From a virus (lineage: Duplodnaviria > Caudoviricetes), in IMG/VR virus record IMGVR_UViG_3300044769_000034, positions 1 through 33,699 of that record: a stretch of 33,699 bases of DNA; one strand, 5' to 3'. Made by a program: the position numbers and the translations under genes. This document shows positions 31,520 to 33,699 of this stretch, in pieces (the stretch's first letter is position 1; every line of letters begins with the position of its first letter). Under the pieces are notes generated by a model. That model made no database searches and was not told the origin of the DNA. It saw only the letters and a list, made by a program, of their open reading frames with translations.

Positions 31520-33175
31520 TTATATGCTCAATACTCCCCGACTTTCATAGACGCTCGGCGCCGCTACTGGCACGGATAAGCAAACTCCCAGACTCATAGC
31601 CAGCGCAACAATCCCATCGATCTTCTCCGTTGACTTGCTCTTATCCGGCTTGATATTGCCCGCTGGATCGTGCTTCACGATCATGTTTTGAGCCATCCAA
31701 CGCAGGACAGGGTTGCCGCCGTGCGTGATTTTCCGGCCGAGAATCAAATTCAGCAGCTCTTTAGTCGGCGGCGACATGGACGCGAAGCCCTGGCCGAACT
31801 GAATCAGCAGCGGATGGCGCCGAGCAGTAGCTTCCTTGGGGTCGACGGTAAAGCCAACTTCATCGCATAGGTCATTGACGATCTTTTGCGAGCCCCAGCG
31901 GTCAAAGGCGAGCACGCGAAGGTCGAAATCGATGCGGCACTGGCCGAGTTTGAGCATAATCCAGCGGTAATCGATCAGATTTCCTGGCGTAGTCTGGATC
32001 AATCCGTTGCGCTTCCAAACGTCGTAGGGAACGCCGTCCTTGCGCACGCGGTCGTGTAGGCCATCTTCGGGAATGAAGAAAAACGGAATCACCGCAAACT
32101 TTTCATCGTCGGTGCGCGGCGGAAAGAGCAGGACGAGCGCGGCGATATCGGTAGTCGACGCCAAATCGAGGCCGGCGTAGCAAGTACGGCCCCGTAACTC
32201 ATCGTAATTGACCGCTGGCAACGCGCAGGCGTCCCACTCACGCATTTGTAGCCAGCGGGTCTGCTGTTCGGTCCAGAGATTCAAATGGAGCCGTTTAAAC
32301 GTATTCTCGTAAGCCGGCGTGACCTGAGCCTTGTCGCATTCGGCTTTGAGATAATCTTCTTTGATCGAAACGCCATAGTTCGGATTGGCTTTTTTCCAGG
32401 TCTTCCGCGATGTCCAGTCGTCGGTATCGTCAGCGGCATAGATAACCGGCAAGAAGAAATCATCAGTAATCGTGCCGTTCATCATTTTGATCGCGTGGTC
32501 ATGGACTTCCCAGCAAATCGAGTGCTTATCGAAGCCGGCCGTAGTGAACATGATCAGCAGCGGCTGGCGGCGTGAACCGGTGGATGTCTTTAAAACGTCA
32601 TAGAGATCACGATTAGACTGAGCATGTAGCTCATCGAATAAAATGCCGTGAGAATTCTTGCCGTGTTTGCTCGGCGCGTCGGCGGAAAGCACATGATAGG
32701 CGCTTCCGGTAGCCTGATAGACGATCGTCTTGACGAAATTCTCCGATGCTGCGGTCCAGTCCGGGTCTTGCTCGACCATACCCTTGGCTACGCCGAAGAT
32801 GATTGCCGCCTGATCACGATCGGCGGCGGCGGAATAAATCTCGGCACCGGGCTCGCCGTCGGCGAAGAGTAAATACAAACCAAGCGCAGCACCCCAAGTG
32901 GATTTGCCGTTCTTGCGCGGCACTTCGATATAGACTTCGCGGAATAGCCGCGTGCCGTTAGGCCGTTTCCAGCCAAATATGCCGCGGGTAATCTCCCGCT
33001 GCCAGTCGGCAAGGATAAACAGTTCGCCGGCGAGTTCGCCCTTCTGATGCTTGCAGGTTTCGACGAATTCAACGGCCCATGCGGCGGCCTTGTCGTCAAA
33101 CCATGCGCCGGGAAACGATAGTTTCCAATTATGGGCCGGCTTGCATGTGCCGTTCTTATTGCGCCAGAAAATCAT
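31520..33175 (-). CDS. terL: Terminase large subunit (Terminase_1, HK97-like)
   Basis: Walker A EVPRKNGKST, Walker B ILFDELHAQ, TTAG coupling motif, W.KANP, nuclease GLDLAS..D and KIDGIVA. Confidence 0.97.
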   Translation of the reverse strand: MIFWRNKNGTCKPAHNWKLSFPGAWFDDKAAAWAVEFVETCKHQKGELAGELFILADWQREITRGIFGWKRPNGTRLFREVYIEVPRKNGKSTWGAALGLYLLFADGEPGAEIYSAAADRDQAAIIFGVAKGMVEQDPDWTAASENFVKTIVYQATGSAYHVLSADAPSKHGKNSHGILFDELHAQSNRDLYDVLKTSTGSRRQPLLIMFTTAGFDKHSICWEVHDHAIKMMNGTITDDFFLPVIYAADDTDDWTSRKTWKKANPNYGVSIKEDYLKAECDKAQVTPAYENTFKRLHLNLWTEQQTRWLQMREWDACALPAVNYDELRGRTCYAGLDLASTTDIAALVLLFPPRTDDEKFAVIPFFFIPEDGLHDRVRKDGVPYDVWKRNGLIQTTPGNLIDYRWIMLKLGQCRIDFDLRVLAFDRWGSQKIVNDLCDEVGFTVDPKEATARRHPLLIQFGQGFASMSPPTKELLNLILGRKITHGGNPVLRWMAQNMIVKHDPAGNIKPDKSKSTEKIDGIVALAMSLGVCLSVPVAAPSVYESRGVLSI

Positions 33176-33645
33176 TACTTAATCGCCACAAGCTTTGGCG
33201 TACCGGTTAGGAACTTGCCGCCACCTTGATTCGCTGGATTCTTAGGAATCTTCACCTGCGAGCGGTCGGAAGGCGTGAAGCCGAACTTGGCGGCCAGCCG
33301 GGTACGTGTGGCAACGGCGGTTTGCCGAGCCTTGAAGATGCCGGCCATGATGGCGCGCTCAAAGCCAAGGGATTCTTGCTCTTTCCAGAGCGCGTTACAG
33401 ATTGAGTGCTGTAGGCAATATTCGGCGAACTCCGTTTCGTCTTGGCGCGTTAGAACGTGCGTAGCGAGCAATTCAGGAACGCGACGCTCCCATTCGGCGC
33501 GCGCTACCGGGTCATTTTGGACCAGCAGAGGCATTTTCGCGCCTGGTTCGAACTGCGGCTCGGCATCGTTGAGCGCATGCTCGCCGGGATTGCCCTGAAG
33601 TTTCTTTAGTTCTGTCGGCTTTGGTGCCGGACCTCGTTTTCCCAT
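33175..33645 (-). CDS. terS: Terminase small subunit (P27-family-like)
   Basis: MGKRGPAPKPT.LK.L.GNPG, A..EW.R....L, YC and FGFTPSDR. TAATG overlap with terL. Confidence 0.92.
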   Translation of the reverse strand: MGKRGPAPKPTELKKLQGNPGEHALNDAEPQFEPGAKMPLLVQNDPVARAEWERRVPELLATHVLTRQDETEFAEYCLQHSICNALWKEQESLGFERAIMAGIFKARQTAVATRTRLAAKFGFTPSDRSQVKIPKNPANQGGGKFLTGTPKLVAIK

Positions 33646-33699
33646 AATTTTTTTGTGATTACTCCCCTATGCGAAAACTTTCCGCCGTGTGTTTCGAGT

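Noticed and set aside
5401-33645. Gene transfer agent cluster
   Set aside because: The tail tip is GTA-like, but the long tape measure, P27-like terS, HNH and morons indicate a genuine phage or prophage.

Overview
The whole window is one minus-strand virion morphogenesis (late) operon of a long-tailed, HK97-head phage or prophage. Its tail tip resembles that of the Rhodobacter gene transfer agent (RcGTA): DUF2460 Dit, DUF2163 hub, NlpC/P60 and a megatron-like protein. Gene order from right to left: small and large terminase, a ~5 kb inserted glycosyltransferase/methyltransferase cassette, portal, inserted ORF plus HTH plus promoter/leader/terminator, prohead protease, major capsid, neck and tail genes, frameshifted tail chaperone, HNH, tape measure, baseplate, fibre-associated genes, and a >1070 aa fibre-like ORF that runs off the left edge and is missing from the ORF track. 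The most notable signals are: (1) the giant Thr/Ser/Gly/Ala-rich fibre has a textbook Sec signal peptide and about 11 neighbouring Cys pairs, while the same operon carries a four-GT, two-MTase glycan cassette including a GT-D (DUF1792) enzyme, which together suggest a phage-encoded exported and/or glycosylated fibre system; (2) both the hub and the megatron genes are split in two, and the hub is split by a ~445 aa beta-helix insertion; (3) the HNH appears to have taken over the tape-measure start and rebuilt it downstream as a Shine-Dalgarno (SD) plus AUC codon; (4) many core structural proteins carry inserted beta-domains. All family calls come from motif recognition by eye, and no searches were run.
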